Source: the human T2T-CHM13v2.0 reference genome, Homo sapiens
Assembly: GCA_009914755.4 (NCBI GenBank)
Contig: CP086569.2
Span: 3,776,001-3,840,000 of the forward strand
Direction of reading: 5' to 3'
Length of the DNA stretch: 64,000 nucleotides
Part shown: in pieces, positions 11,177-24,435 of the stretch
Numbering within the stretch: the first letter of the stretch is position 1
Layout: each line of letters begins with the position of its first letter
Program-made: the position numbers and the translations under genes
The notes under the pieces: model-generated
Database searches by the model: none
What the model saw: the letters and a program-made list of their open reading frames with translations, nothing else
Told to the model about the DNA's origin: nothing

Positions 11177-11640
11177 AATTAAATCTTGAGGACCCCAAAT
11201 CACTAAGCTGAAGGGAAAAGTCAAAGTGGAAACTGCTTAGGGCAAACTTGCCTCCCATTCTATTCAAAGTCACCCCTATGCTCACTGAGATAAATGCATA
11301 TCTGATTGCCACCTTTTGAACAGGTAATCAGAGACTCAAAAAAATGCAACATTTTTTTTTTCTTATCTACCTATGCGCTGGAAGCCCCATCTCTGATTTC
11401 AGTTTCCCTCCTTTGCTTCGAGTTGTCCTGACTTTCTGGACTGATCCAATGTTCATCTTACATATGTTGATTGATGTCTCATGTCCCCCTATAATGTATA
11501 GAACCAAACTGTGCTCTGGCTACCTTGGGCAAGTGTTGTCAGGACCTCATGAGATTGTGTCATGGGTACACATCCTTAACCTTGACGAAATAAAGTTTCT
11601 AAATTAACCAAGACCTGTCTCAGATATTTGGGTTTCACAC
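11177..11640 (+). mobile_element. Retroviral-type LTR, family not identified ('LTR-X', copy 2)
   Basis: Homologous to 4058-4548 in the same orientation, ending '...cagatatttgggtttcacac'. It contains 'cctataatgtatagaacc' (TATA-like) and 'gacgaaataaagtttctaaattaa' (AATAAA). It is immediately preceded by a purine-rich tract at 11130-11176, 'aaaaagaaaaggcggggtggcggggagtcggggaggaatgtgaaaggaaa', which looks like a polypurine tract (PPT). Confidence 0.6.
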
Positions 11641-12834
11641 ATTAAAATAGATAAAATAAAATACACAGATTCATGAAGAAAACAAATTATGTGGGAATAT
11701 AGTTACGGAAATATTTTTATGGTAATATAGTTATGGAAATAAGAATATATATTATTTGTGTTATCCCATTAATTAACAAGATATACTAGCTGACATCAAT
11801 TTGGAGTTGTGATAAGTGTAAATGATATTTCATGATCTTTCATGCAGCAAGAGTAATATGATGTAAAAATACTCATGGTTTCTATGAGTAACAAAGTCAT
11901 AGGACAACTAATTTTGCTGTGATTTGTTGTTTACATCCATAATAGAGGAGAATACTAATGTTCAGGTTAGTGAAGAAATACAGTTTTTTCTACAATCACA
12001 TTTGCATATTCCTGAATTTCCCCAGATTAAGAGCTCCTCTTAAAAAGTTTACAGTTTGCTCCCAGAAGAACGATTCAATGTATTGCTTTTAATGGCTTTT
12101 ATAGAAGATAATCTGTAGAAAAATGAAAAAGGCCACTGTGACATAACTATTGTGATATAATGTCTCTGATTTTCTATATAGTATCAGTTTGATTTCCTTG
12201 AGGATATGAAGGATCTACTAAGCAGGAAACTTGGCATTATTAATGTGAGGTAATTAAATTCTTAATCAACCTAACTTCCTTATTTCCTAGAAACACAAAT
12301 TATGCCCAAGGATGCAAACACCAGGAAGCTGTCATAAAATTCTGTATTGAATTTACAGAATAAATATTCTAATTTCTGGCAAATCATATATGAATAAGTT
12401 TTTTGTTTAAGCAAAACAAAGAAATACAACAATGTTTGCATTTTTAAACAGAAACGCTAGTAAAAATTGTCAAATATTATTTAATATCCAGAGAATGTTT
12501 CCAATTAACAGTCAGTAACACTCCACTAAGCTCCCAAATCAGTCATCTTAAATTCTATAACCAGAAAACTTAGTGCATAGGAAAACCAGCACATGACACA
12601 AGGCTTACTATAGTGCCTTTATGACTTATATGTATGTTTATCTAAATTTATAAAATCTTCTTCATAAATAAAATTTATGAACTTACGGAAGATGTACATA
12701 AATTTTAACTAATTTATCCTACTTAATAGAATCCTGGTGAAATACAACAGAGGTATTACTGGCCTTCACCATGAACTGGTGACAAGGGATTAATGACAAG
12801 AACACATATGAAGCTCAAACAAGTCTACAGGAAG

Positions 12835-13820
12835 TAATGTAATAATCTGATCAAAATAGGCAAAAGATTTGAATTGGCTTTTTCTCAAAAGAAGACATAT
12901 AAATGGCTAACATGCATATGAAAATGAAATGCAAATCAAAAGTACAATGAAATATCATTTCACCTCTGTTAAAATGGCTTACATCCAAAAGACAGGCAAT
13001 AACAAATGCTGACAAGGATGTGGAGAAAAGGGAACCCTTTTACGCTGTTCTTGGGAATGTAAAGTATCACAACCATTATGGAGAACAGTTTGGAGGCTCC
13101 CCAAAAATCTAAAACTAGAGCTACCATATTATTCACCCATCCACTGCTTGGTATATACCTAAAATAAGAAAATTAATATATTGAAGAGATATCTGCACTG
13201 CCATGTTTGTTGCAACACTGTTAGCCAAAAGTTGGAAGCAACCAAAGTGTCCATCAACACATGAATGGATAGAAAATTGTAGTACTTACACACAAATGAG
13301 TAGCATTCAGCCACAAAGAAAAAGATTCTGTCACTTGCAACAACATGGACAGAACTGGAGGTCATTATACTAAGTGAAATAAGCCAGGCACAGAAAGACA
13401 AACTTTGTAAGTTCTCACTTATTTGTGGTATCTAAAAACCAAAATAATTGAACTCATAGATATAGAGAGTAGAAGGATGGTTACCAGAGGCTGGATAGCA
13501 TAGTGGGGAATTGGAGAGGTTGTGGGTGATGATTAAAGGGTACAAAAAATAGTTAGAAAGAAGGAATAAGACCTATTATTTGGTAGCACAATCGGGTGAC
13601 TATAGACAGTAATACAACAATAATTTAGCTGTACATTTTAAAATAACTAAAAGAGCATAATTTGTATTGTTTGTAACACAAAGGATAAATGCTTGAGTGG
13701 ATGGTATCCCATTCTCCATAATGTGATTATTATGCACTGCATGCCTGTATCAAAACATCTCATATACTCCATAAATATATACAACAACAATACCCACAAA
13801 AGTTAAAAATTAAAAAAGAA
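12835..13820 (+). mobile_element. LINE-1 3'-terminal fragment (ORF2 end plus 3'UTR), L1MA/L1PB-like
   Basis: 'ctcaaaagaagacatataaatggctaacatgcatatgaaaatgaaatgcaaatcaaaagtacaatgaaatatcatttcacc...ctgttcttgggaatgtaaagtatcacaaccattatggagaacagtttggaggc...ggttaccagaggctggatagc' with an A-rich end near 13820. It resembles the copy at 1-950. Confidence 0.85.
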
Positions 13821-15240
13821 TATGCTGAAACAACTGATAAAAGTTCCATCAGTTGTATACATTTGTTTCAATTCTATATGCAGTAGTCCTTGATTTGGTT
13901 CACTTGAAGTGACATTTTGGTAATAGTTGAAGATTTAGTAGTTTTCTAAAGTCTTAATTTCAACTACTTTAAATATTGTAAAGGACAGATGCCTGAAGCC
14001 AAATAAGTCTCTATATTGGTACTCAATCAACGGTGTCTACTCTCTTGAGCTAATTGTATTTACCATTTCTGGAATATTTCAGATTGCCCACCAATAGATT
14101 CCCTCTGAATGTTTTCTTTATTTTTCTCTGTGTCCTTACAATCAGTCACTTTCATGTAGATAACCAGAGCTTTAGTTTGTTTCAAGAAGTTGAGACAGCT
14201 TAACTAATTAGTTATACCTGGTAGATGTAGATGTATTATACCTGATAGAAATGACTACTCATATGACATCTAGGCAGAGTGTAGGACTACTTTAAGTTAA
14301 GCTAACATTATCTATGTTGAGAAATGGGAAAAAAATCCATTAGGTCTGCTTGAGTTGTAAAGAGGCACAAGCAGTGCAGGAGATGGAAGTTGTGAGCAAG
14401 TATTGAGTGAGTGTGCACATGTCATATAGAACTGCCCTAAAGGCAGTTCAGGGAATAGAAGTGATTTCCTTGTAGAGGCCTGAATAACACAGGACAGAAA
14501 AGTGCTATTCCCCTGATATTATTTAATAACATATTAATATTTCATATTTGAGGCCGATATTTAGTGCCATTCATCAGCTTCAAAAGCAATCTATAAAGGA
14601 AACCACATAAATCAATTAAGATTTGGAGCAGAATTAAATAAAAGAGAGGTTAAATAAAGGACATTGGGAGATAAAAGGGAGAAGAAGAGTCAATGGTGGT
14701 ATTTTTGTTTTGCTTTCTGCACACATTAAATGAGAATAAGTGTATTGAGGGAGCTGTGGTAGAATAAGGTTAGGCATGGCCTTGTAAAGTCTTTGTAGTA
14801 AAGTTATATTTTACACATGATTAAAAGTAGATACACAAAGAGAGTATGTGTTGGAAATCTAATTAATTTCTAAATAAGTGTATTATGTTTATTACATATA
14901 GGCTGAATTATGCTGATTTCCTATATAATTAGTCTTATTAAAGAGGTTTATTTGTTGTTGTCTTAATTTTTATGAGTAAATAACTAACATGATTCTCAAC
15001 TCATGTACAGAAATGAGACTGACACTTGAAAATGCATCAATAAAAGATAACCCGTAACATTTGAAAATCATAGCTGGTGGTTCTACTAAGTGGATATAAG
15101 ATAGATTTTCTTCAGAAATGTGCTCATCCCATAAATCCATAAATGAGAAAGGAAGTTTGGATTGAACAATACAGTTATTTACAAAGAATGTTGCACAAGT
15201 AGGATTGTGTTAAATTGTCAAATATTTTTCATATGGGGAC

Positions 15241-15828
15241 TGTATTAGTCAGGGTTCTCCAGAGAAACAGAAACAACAGAATACATACATACATATATAC
15301 ATACATACAAGTGGGGATTTATTGTGAGAATTGGCTCCTGTGATTATGGAAGCCAAGAATTTCCTCTATGCCATCTTCAAGCTGGAGAATCAGAAAAGCC
15401 AATGGTATAATTTAGTCTGAGTCCAAACATATGAGAACCAGGGGAGCAGATAATATCACTCTCAGTCCAAGGCCAAAGGCCTGAGAACCAAGAAGAGGCA
15501 GCACTAATATGTCCCACAGTCTGAAGGTCCAAGAACCAGCAGTTTCAATGCCCAAGGGCAGCAGAAGATGGCTATTCCAGCTCAAGGAAAATTAGAGTGA
15601 ACTCACTCTTCTTCTGCCTTTTTATTCTATTTGAGCCTCAGTGGACTGGATGATGCCCATTCAAATTGGTAATGGTGGATCATCTTTATTCAGCATACTC
15701 ACTCAAATACCAGTCTCTTCTGGAAAAAGCTTCACAAACATACACAAAAATAATATTTTACTAGCTATCTGGATGTTCATTAAGACAGTCAAGTTGACGC
15801 ATAAAATTACCCATCACAGGAACAAAGA
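15241..15828 (-). mobile_element. MaLR solo LTR, MLT1-family-like, antisense
   Basis: Begins 'tgtattagtcagggttctccagagaaacagaa...' and ends '...gtcaagttgacgcataaaattacccatcacag', the reverse complement of the MLT1 consensus termini. It has internal 'gattatggaagccaagaatttcc...caagctggagaatcagaaaagccaatggt...tgatgcccattcaaattggtaatggtggatcatctttattcag'. An embedded (ATAC)n microsatellite lies at 15283-15310. Confidence 0.7.
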
Positions 15829-16599
15829 TACATTTGCTTGACAATAGGGCTGGTACATATGAGCTGTGAGGTAGTTTAAGAAGTAATTAAAATGTAGAAT
15901 GCCATCTTGAACAATTTTTATTTAAAGAAAGACTGCTTTCTGAGAGAATACAGATTGTACAATTCATTATAAGAAATAAGATATTTAAGACATTTGCCAA
16001 AGATAAGGTCATAAAACAAAAATCATGTTATCATGACTAAGCCAATGCTGAAAACCAAAGAAGAAAGAGAATCTGACATAACTGAGCTAGCAGCATTTGA
16101 CTAAAGGAATGTGAGAAAAAATATTGAGTATGTAAAATAATACAGAAAACAGCATAAGAGAGTTTTATCAAGACATGCTTTAAACAATGATGAAGGGAAA
16201 ATAAGAGACTAACAATTAATTAATTAAGCATAAGTTATGAGAAAAAAATAGAAATGAACCAGAACCTATAGCTAAGGAAGAAAAAAGAAAAGAAAAAAAA
16301 TAATTTTTGCAAGGCGAAGAAGATGAGCTGCTATTGCTTTGAAAAAAAAATGTTATTTTTAAGTTCCAAGGAAAGGAACAAGTTAAAAAGAGAAACGCAT
16401 AAGCCATTAAAGAACAAGAAAACAAAACTAACTTCAGCTTTGTCTTGCACATTTCTGAGAAGGTCATCAAGTAGCAAAATCTTAGAGAAAGAGGAGTAGC
16501 ATAGAACCTTGTTTTAATAGTTAAAAGAAAAACAAGATACATAAAAAATTAATAGATGTTCTTACAGATTTGTTTGCATCAAACATTAAAAGAGTATTT

Positions 16600-17745
16600 A
16601 TGTAGTCAATAAAATTGATGTTATGCCAAAGACTGCAAAAGCAATTGTTACAAAAGCAAAAATTGACAAATGAGACCTAATTGAAGCTCTTCAGAGCTCC
16701 TGCACAGCAAAAGAAACTATCAACAGAGTAAATAGACAACCTACAGAATGAGAAAAAATATTTGCAAACTATGCATCCAACAAAGGTCTAATATCCAGAA
16801 TCTATAAGTAACTTAAACAAATCAACAAGCAAAAATCAAACAATCCCATTTTTTAAAATTGGGCTGAAGATTTGAACAAACACTTCTCAAAAGAAGACAT
16901 ACATGTGGCCAAAAAGCATATGAAAAAATGCTCAGCATCACTAATTATTAGCAAATTGCTTATTAAAACCACAATAATTTACAATCTCACACCAGTCAGA
17001 ATGGCTATTACTACAAAGTAAGAAACGAAACAAAACAAAACAAAAAAAAGATGCTGGTGAGATTGTGGAGAAAAGAGAACCCTTATACACTGCTGGCGAG
17101 AATGCAAATTAGTTCAGCCACTGTTGAAAGAAGTCTGAGGATTTCTCAACGAACTTAAACAGAACTACCATTCAATGCAGCAATCCCATTCCTGGATATA
17201 TACCCGAAGGAATATAAAACTTTCTACTATAAATAAGCATGCATGTATATGTTCATTGCAGCACTACTCACAATAGCAGAGACATGGAGTTAACCTAAAT
17301 ACCCATCAACAGTGGCATGGATAAAAAAAAACTGTGGTACATATACACAGTGGAATCCTATGTAGCTATAAGAAAAAATAAAATCATGTCATTTGTATCA
17401 ATATGAAGGGAATTGGAGGCAATTGTTCTAATCAAATTAACACAGAACCACAATATCTAATACCGCATATTTTGACTTATAAGTAGGAGCTAAATATTGA
17501 GTATATATGGACACAAAGGAAAAAACAATAGATACCGGGGCCTACTTGAGGGTGGAGGGTAGGAGGAAGGTGAGGGTCATAAGACTCCCTGTCGGGTGAT
17601 GTGCTCATTACCCAAGTAGTAAAATAATCTGTACATTAAACCCTTGCAACATGCAATTAACCCATGTAATATACCTGCACAGGTACCCTCTGAACTTACA
17701 ATAAAAGTTGGAGAGAAAAACAAAATTAAAAAATAAATAAAGGTG
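16600..17745 (+). mobile_element. LINE-1 3' portion (ORF2 C-terminal region plus 3'UTR), L1PA/L1PB-like
   Basis: 'aaaattgacaaatgagacctaattgaagctcttcagagctcctgcacagcaaaagaaactatcaacagagtaaatagacaacctacagaatgagaaaaaatatttgc...tctcaaaagaagacatacatgtggccaaaaagcatatgaaaaaatgctcagcatcactaattatt...gggcctacttgagggtggagggtaggagg...acctgcacag' ending in an A-rich tail. Confidence 0.85.
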
Positions 17746-18715
17746 ATGTTATGGGAAAAGAAAAACATATAGAGAGTAAAAGTGCAACAAATCCGTGTGT
17801 ACTATAGGATCTTTGTAAAAAATATAAAGTTGATTTTTATTATTCACTGTAGTTTTGTTCTGTAAAGTTGCTGTGAACATTTAATTAGTAAATACGGATC
17901 CATTTCTCCTAGGGGAAATAAATGGGTTTCTTTGAGCGTCTGGTCACAACATATTTGTTAACAAGTCAATATATAGCATTGTTTTATGTGTGTTTTTGTT
18001 TAAAGACAGCTTATTTAATATATACTGTTGATGTATTGACATTGAACTCATGGCCAGCAGCGTTATGACTCATGCCTGAATTAAACTTTTCTAACACAGG
18101 TATTTTCTCCACGAGGCGAAAATACACATCACAGCCTTCTTGCACTTAGGAACTGTAAATGTCACCTTATTACTGTGCTTGGGGATCATTTTAGACAGTG
18201 AAATCACATATAAAAAGCACAACATTGAAAAAAAAATACGGCACTAAATCGACCGTGAACGTATGCTTGTTTACAGTAGGAGAGCTGAAACAACAAGGTA
18301 GTGTCTCATTGTTTGACCTTAGCTGAGAATATGTGCATGAAGTGATGAAATTTTTTTTCACTGCTCTGTGCATATCCTTCAATGACAGTAAAAGTGCTGT
18401 ATTAATTTGGGTATAACAAGTTTTAGTTAGTAGACAAAATGGCAAATATGGAACTTACAAATAATTAAGACTGTTATCTCTATGTTTCTATATCTTTATC
18501 TCTATACTGCTATTTCAGTGTCATCTCTCTATTTATTTATCCTTTTTGAGAGAGAGAAAGGGAAGGAGAAAGAGGGAGAGACTGGAAAAACGTATTCAAA
18601 AATACTAACATTATTTTTCTTGGAGAAAAGCTTATGAGTAGTTCCCATTTTGTTTTTCTTTCCTACAACTTCTAGTTAGTCTAGAGTGAATGTGTATTGC
18701 TTTTTCTTTTTGTAA

Positions 18716-18815
18716 GAAATGCGGTCTTGCTATGTTGCCAAGGCTAGTCTCGAACTCCTGGCCTTGAGCAATCCTCCTGTCTTTGCCTCTCAAAGTGCTG
18801 GGATTAGTCAGGACC
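18716..18815 (-). mobile_element. Alu monomer fragment (FLAM/left-arm-like), antisense
   Basis: 'aaatgcggtcttgctatgttgccaaggctagtctcgaactcctggccttgagcaatcctcctgtctttgcctctcaaagtgctgggattag' matches the antisense Alu segment '...gggtttcaccatgttggccaggctggtctcgaactcctgacctcaggtgatcc.cccgcctcggcctcccaaagtgctgggattacag'. Confidence 0.6.
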
Positions 18816-20605
18816 AAGCATTACCAGCCTTTTATTGCTTTTATAACAAGTATTCTGAGAAGTTATTTTATTTTGTAAAGAAAAGCATTATTAATTTTAT
18901 AAGTAACACAATATTAAAAGAAAGTAATGAAGCTATAATTAAATTCAGATGGATAGAAGAATGCGTAATTGAAATTAGAAACAAATAGTGCACACAGAAT
19001 TAAATATAGATAGGTACAGCCATAGTTTATGAGACTCTAGAGGGGAAACTAAAAGAAAAAGAAGAACAAAAGAAAATAAGAATTTAGATTCATCGCATTT
19101 GTGAAAAGAATTGGTTGCTAGTAGCTGTGTATGGGGTGTCGGTTATCATTTGAAAAACTGAAATTACAAAATGTAAGCTTATTTCTATAATTCAAGAAAT
19201 GTTTATTATGATGCTTCCTGGGAAAGAGAATATTGCCATTTATGCTGGGGAACTTTGTGATATAATATAAATTAGTGTGTGTTGTTGTTTCTCTTCCTTT
19301 GGTACTGTGAATGTTGTTCTCTGTAATAGTATAAAATGGGTTTAGTCCAGATAAGAAGTTGAAGCAATAAAGCATGATTTTATTCAGACTCTTTAATGTT
19401 TTATTATTTTTAATTTAATATACTAATATTAAATATTTTATTAGCTACACTAATAAAGACAGCATGATAAGTATCAGAGTAAGTATAGACGTAAAAAACA
19501 ATGGAATGGAATGTTATCGGCGTAACAATTATGACTTCACCAGAGAGAAAAACCCTTGAGATAGTCAAAGTTCTGTTATGCTTTACCTGGTTATAAACCA
19601 TACTTCAACAGAGCTATAATTTGGATAGGCCGTTTAGTTTTTAATTATCAAAAATATTCAATTTATAATAGATAACTTTTTATTCATTAAAATTACTGCT
19701 TTAAATTTTACAATGATCTGATTTATAACTAATAACAAACTGAGCTTATGACTAATTTAGTGGTATTGGTAAATATAATTGAGCATCTTTATTTAAAGAT
19801 AAGTTCATAACCAGTTCTTCTGATTGGTATTTTGCATTATGATTACTCAAATAACATTTAACCATTGCTTCCGTATCCTCTGCCAAGAGCTACAGTCAAT
19901 GTTTCTCCCATTTTTATTTAGCACAGATGAAACGTGACACATAATCCATATTATTAATTCTAGACTGAATCCCTGGAAAATGTTACACTTGATTTCCCCC
20001 TGAAGAGTACCCAAAAGAGCCATAGTGTTCAAAGTCACACTTATGATTAATGTACTAAACATTTTACTATGTTACATGGGCTGAATATTTAGTATTATCA
20101 GTGTGCCTTCAGGAAAAAAAAAAAACCTCTTTAAAAGTGAAAATTTCAATTAATTAAACCATGAATTTTTTCTCCAACAGACCAAACCTCCTACTAAAAT
20201 GTGTTTTTTATTGCAGTAAGTAAATCAAATGGTCTGACAGGAGTACTGTGGAAATTCCATTAAAATAATTACAATATTCACCGAACTCTCATTTCTTCAT
20301 CCGCATTTTGAATATCTCCTTGCAATACATCTTCGGGTTGCCTATATTCAAGTTCCTGCTTGGCCCATCACAAACTAAGTAACCTTTATCGAGTTAACAT
20401 CTCTGACATCTATTTCTTCATCTGCAAAATGAGAATGATAAGAGTTCTTATGTACTATGTTGTGTTCACTCCCAAATTCATGTTTGAATTTCTAATCCTC
20501 AATTAATGGTCATTGGAGAAGAGGTCTTTGGGAGATAATTAGGTTTAGGTGATGTCATGAGAGTGAGGCAAATTTGTGCCTTTATCAAAAGGGACATCAG
20601 AGAAT

Positions 20606-20631
20606 TCTCTCTCTCTCACACACACACACAA
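20606..20631. repeat. Compound (CT)n(CA)n microsatellite
   Basis: 'ctctctctctcacacacacacacaacc'. Confidence 0.8.
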
Positions 20632-21283
20632 CCACCACCCCGTCTCTTTTTTCTCTCTCTACCATATGATGACAGAGAGAGAATGTAGCCAGCTGGAAGC
20701 CAGGGAGAGAGCCCTCATTAGAATCCAACCATAGTGTCATAATTATCTCATACTTCTAGTCCCCAGTATTATAATAAATTAATTTTCTGTTGCTTAGCTA
20801 TCCAATTGATGATATTTTGTTATGGAAGCCTGAGCTGGCTAAAGAGTATCCAATTTTTAGGGTTGTAATGAAAATTAAATGAGAAAAAATATATAAAACA
20901 CGTAGTCCTTACTTCATATATAGTAAATGCATAGTAAAGATTATTTTCTAATACTATGACTAATTATTTTTGTTATTATTACCACTTGTATTGCATATAT
21001 CAGCTCAGTATGAATTTATCCACTACTTGCTGAATAATCCCTGAATGAAGAGACAATATAGTGCAATATTTGACAATGTGTGCCCTAAATCACACTTTGT
21101 TTTAATCAAGCTCACTCAGTATTTATTAGCTGAGGGATGTCAGTAAATAATTTAACCAGTCTGATGCTCAATTTTCTCATTTGTAAAATTGTGATGTTAA
21201 TCCTAATTATAATATGGGATTGTTGAGAATCATGTTATTTTGAAAGAATCCAAAACATTTTTAATCAGTAATCAATCAAATAA

Positions 21284-21631
<348 letters not shown>

Positions 21632-22256
21632 AAAAAACTAGAGCCGAAATATGAGTCTTTAGGAAATCTTAAATGGGTAAAAAAAATATAAGAAAAAGTG
21701 ACTCTAAAGTGCTGCGTCATCAAGATAATCTATTGAGATGTGAAAAAAAATGAGAAGTTATTATTTATCTTCATGCAAACAATCAGGAACTAAATAGCCT
21801 TTACTAATATATTCTATACTAAGTAATATTAATATTCTCACTGGTTCTGTCAGAGTAACATGTAGCACCTGATTCTCACAGCACACTGAGGGCAGAATTA
21901 CAGCTCCGTGAGACAGAGGAAGTCATAAAGGCAATTTTTCCCCTTATATCATATTGTAAAATCAGTCAAATTAATTTGCCTATTTGAGTGGAGTTACCAG
22001 TTATAATACCTTGTTTTAATTAAAGGCACCCTTACAAAACAGAAAAGTGTATTTAAAACGTTGTTACAATGTAACCATGTATTGAAGATACTATATATAG
22101 AATAACAAGAAAATAGCAAGGGAATAGCAGAGCTGAAATATGTACTACTATTATGATGTTTAGTAAGCCTTGTAACAGAGAAAAATAATAATTATTTAAT
22201 CGGATTTGTTATGTTCATTGATATTGTTGTCACCAGATTTGTTATTGTTATAAGAG

Positions 22257-24435
22257 GCATACCTCCGAGATAGTGCAGGTTGGTTTCCAGATGACCACAA
22301 TGAAGTGAATATCACAATAAACGGAGTCGCACATTTTTTTGTTTCCCAGTGCACACAAATGTTTTGTTTACGCTATGCTGTAATCTATTAAGTCTGCCAC
22401 AGAATTGTGTAAATAAACAACGTACATACCTTAATTTAAAAATACATTATTGCTAAAATATGCTAATGATAATTTGAGCCTTCAGCAAATCATAATCCTT
22501 TTGTTGGTGAAGAGTCTTGCTGTGATGTTGATGGCTGCTGAGTAATCAGGATATTGGTCCCTGAAGATTGGGAAGGCTGTGGCAATTTCTTAAAATAAGG
22601 CAACAATGAAGTTTGCAGCATTGATTAACTCTTTCTTTCATGGGTGATTTCTCTGTAGTAGGTGATGTCTTTTTATCTGCAATAGAGTTTCTTTTACAAT
22701 TGAAGTCAATCCTCTCAAACCCTGCCATTGCTTTACCAACTAAGCCTACGTAATATTACAAATCCTTTATTGTTATTTCAGCTTTGTTGATTGCATCTTC
22801 ATAAGGAATAGACTCCCTTTCAAGAAACCACTTTCTTTGCTCATCCATAGGAAACAAATACTCATTCACTCACGTATTTCGCAAGATTTCTGTAACTTAG
22901 TTATAGCTTCAGGCTCCATTATTGTAGTTATCTTAGTATTTCCACCACATCTGCAGTTACTTTTCTCACTGAAGGCCTGAATACATCAAAGTCAGCCATG
23001 AGGGATGGAATCAACTTTTTTCCAAATTCTTGTCAGTGTTCATATTTCAGCTTTCTCTGATGAATCACAAATGTTCTAGCATCTAGAATGATGAATCCTT
23101 TCTAGGAAATTTTCAATTTCCTTTGCCCAGATCTGTCAGAGGAATCGCTGTCTATGGCAGCTATAGCCTTACAAAATGTACATCTGAAATATAAAATTTG
23201 AATGTCAAAATTATACCTTGATCCATGGGCTGCAGGATGGATGTTGTATTAGTAGGCATGAAAACATGTTTAATCTACTGTATATTTCCATCAGAGCCCT
23301 TGGGTAACCAGATGCATTTCAATGAGCAGTAATATTCTGAAAGGAATCTTTTTTTTTTAGCAGTAGGTACAAACAGTGGGCTTAAATTATTCAAGAAACC
23401 ATGTTGTACACAGTTGGGTTGTCATCTGGACCTTGTTGTCCCATTTACAGAGCACAGGCAGAGTCAATTTAGCATAATTCTTAAGGGTGCTAGGATTTTC
23501 ATAACAGCTGGTTGTATTGCTGCATATTGCTAATATTCAATTTACGCTCATTAAGCTCACCTTAACCTCAGTGAGGTTTCAACAGAAAGTCATCAGCTGC
23601 ATCAGTCCTTAATAGGAGAGATAGCCTGTCCTTTGAAGTTTTGAAGCCAGTCATTCACTTCTCCTCTCTAGCTATGAAAGACCTAGAGGATATCTTATTC
23701 GAATAGACAGTGTTTTGTGTCTGTTGAAAAATCTGGCTTTGTTTTGTTAGGGCCTTATCTGTATCTTTCTTCATATCAGCAAAAAAGCTGTTTCCCTTTT
23801 CTATCATTTATGTGTTCACTAGAATAGCACTTTTAATTTTCTTCAATGGCTTTTCTTTTGCATTCGCAACTTGGCTGTTTGGTAAAAGAGGCCTAGATTT
23901 CAGCCTGTCTTGGCTTTGGACATGCCTTCCTCACTAAGCTTAAATATTTCTGGCTTTTTATTTAAAGTAAGAGATTTGTGAATCTTCTTTTAAACTTTAA
24001 TACTTAGAGGCCATTGTAGGATTATTAGTTGACCTAATTTCAATATTTTTGTGTATCAGGAAACAGGGATGCCTGAGAAGAAGGAGAGAGATGAGGGAAA
24101 TTTCAGTCAACGAAGCAGTCAGAACACCTATATTTATCAATTAAGTTTGCCATTTTATATGGGTGTGGTTCATGGTACCTCCAAATAATTTAATTAGTAA
24201 CATCAAAGATCACTAATCACAGATCACCATAATATATATAGTGATAATGCAAATGTTTGACATATTATCAGAATCACCAAAATGTGACCCAGAGACAGAA
24301 AGTGAGTACAGGCTATTGGAAAAATAATGCCAATAGATTTGTTGAATGCATGGTTGCCACAAACCTTCTATTTGCAAAAAACACGAGATCCATGAAGAGT
24401 AATAAAGTAAAGTGTAATAAGACAAGATATGCCTG
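22257..24435 (-). mobile_element. Tigger1 (pogo/Tc1-mariner superfamily) DNA transposon, ~2.2 kb, degenerate; transposase remnant on the minus strand
   Basis: Terminal regions read '(ta)agaggcatacctccgagatagtgcaggttggtttccagatgaccacaatgaagtgaatatcacaataaacggagtcgcaca' and '...ggttgccacaaaccttctatttgcaaaaaac...taataaagtaaagtgtaataagacaagatatgcctg(ta)', matching the Tigger1 ends. Internal blocks match Tigger1: 'ctgctgagtaatcaggatattggtccctgaagattgggaaggctgtggcaatttcttaaaataaggcaacaatgaagtttgc', 'ccatgggctgcaggatggatgttgtattagtaggcatgaaaaca', 'cctgtcctttgaagttttgaagccagtcattcacttctcctctctagctatgaaag'. Flanking TA dinucleotides are consistent with TA target duplication. The 60-aa ORF 22546-22728(-) is a transposase fragment. 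Confidence 0.8.

Noticed and set aside
11694-11745. 26-bp near-tandem duplication 'gggaatatagttacggaaata ... ggtaatatagttatggaaata'
   Set aside because: A single imperfect duplication in AT-rich DNA. No periodic array and no functional context.
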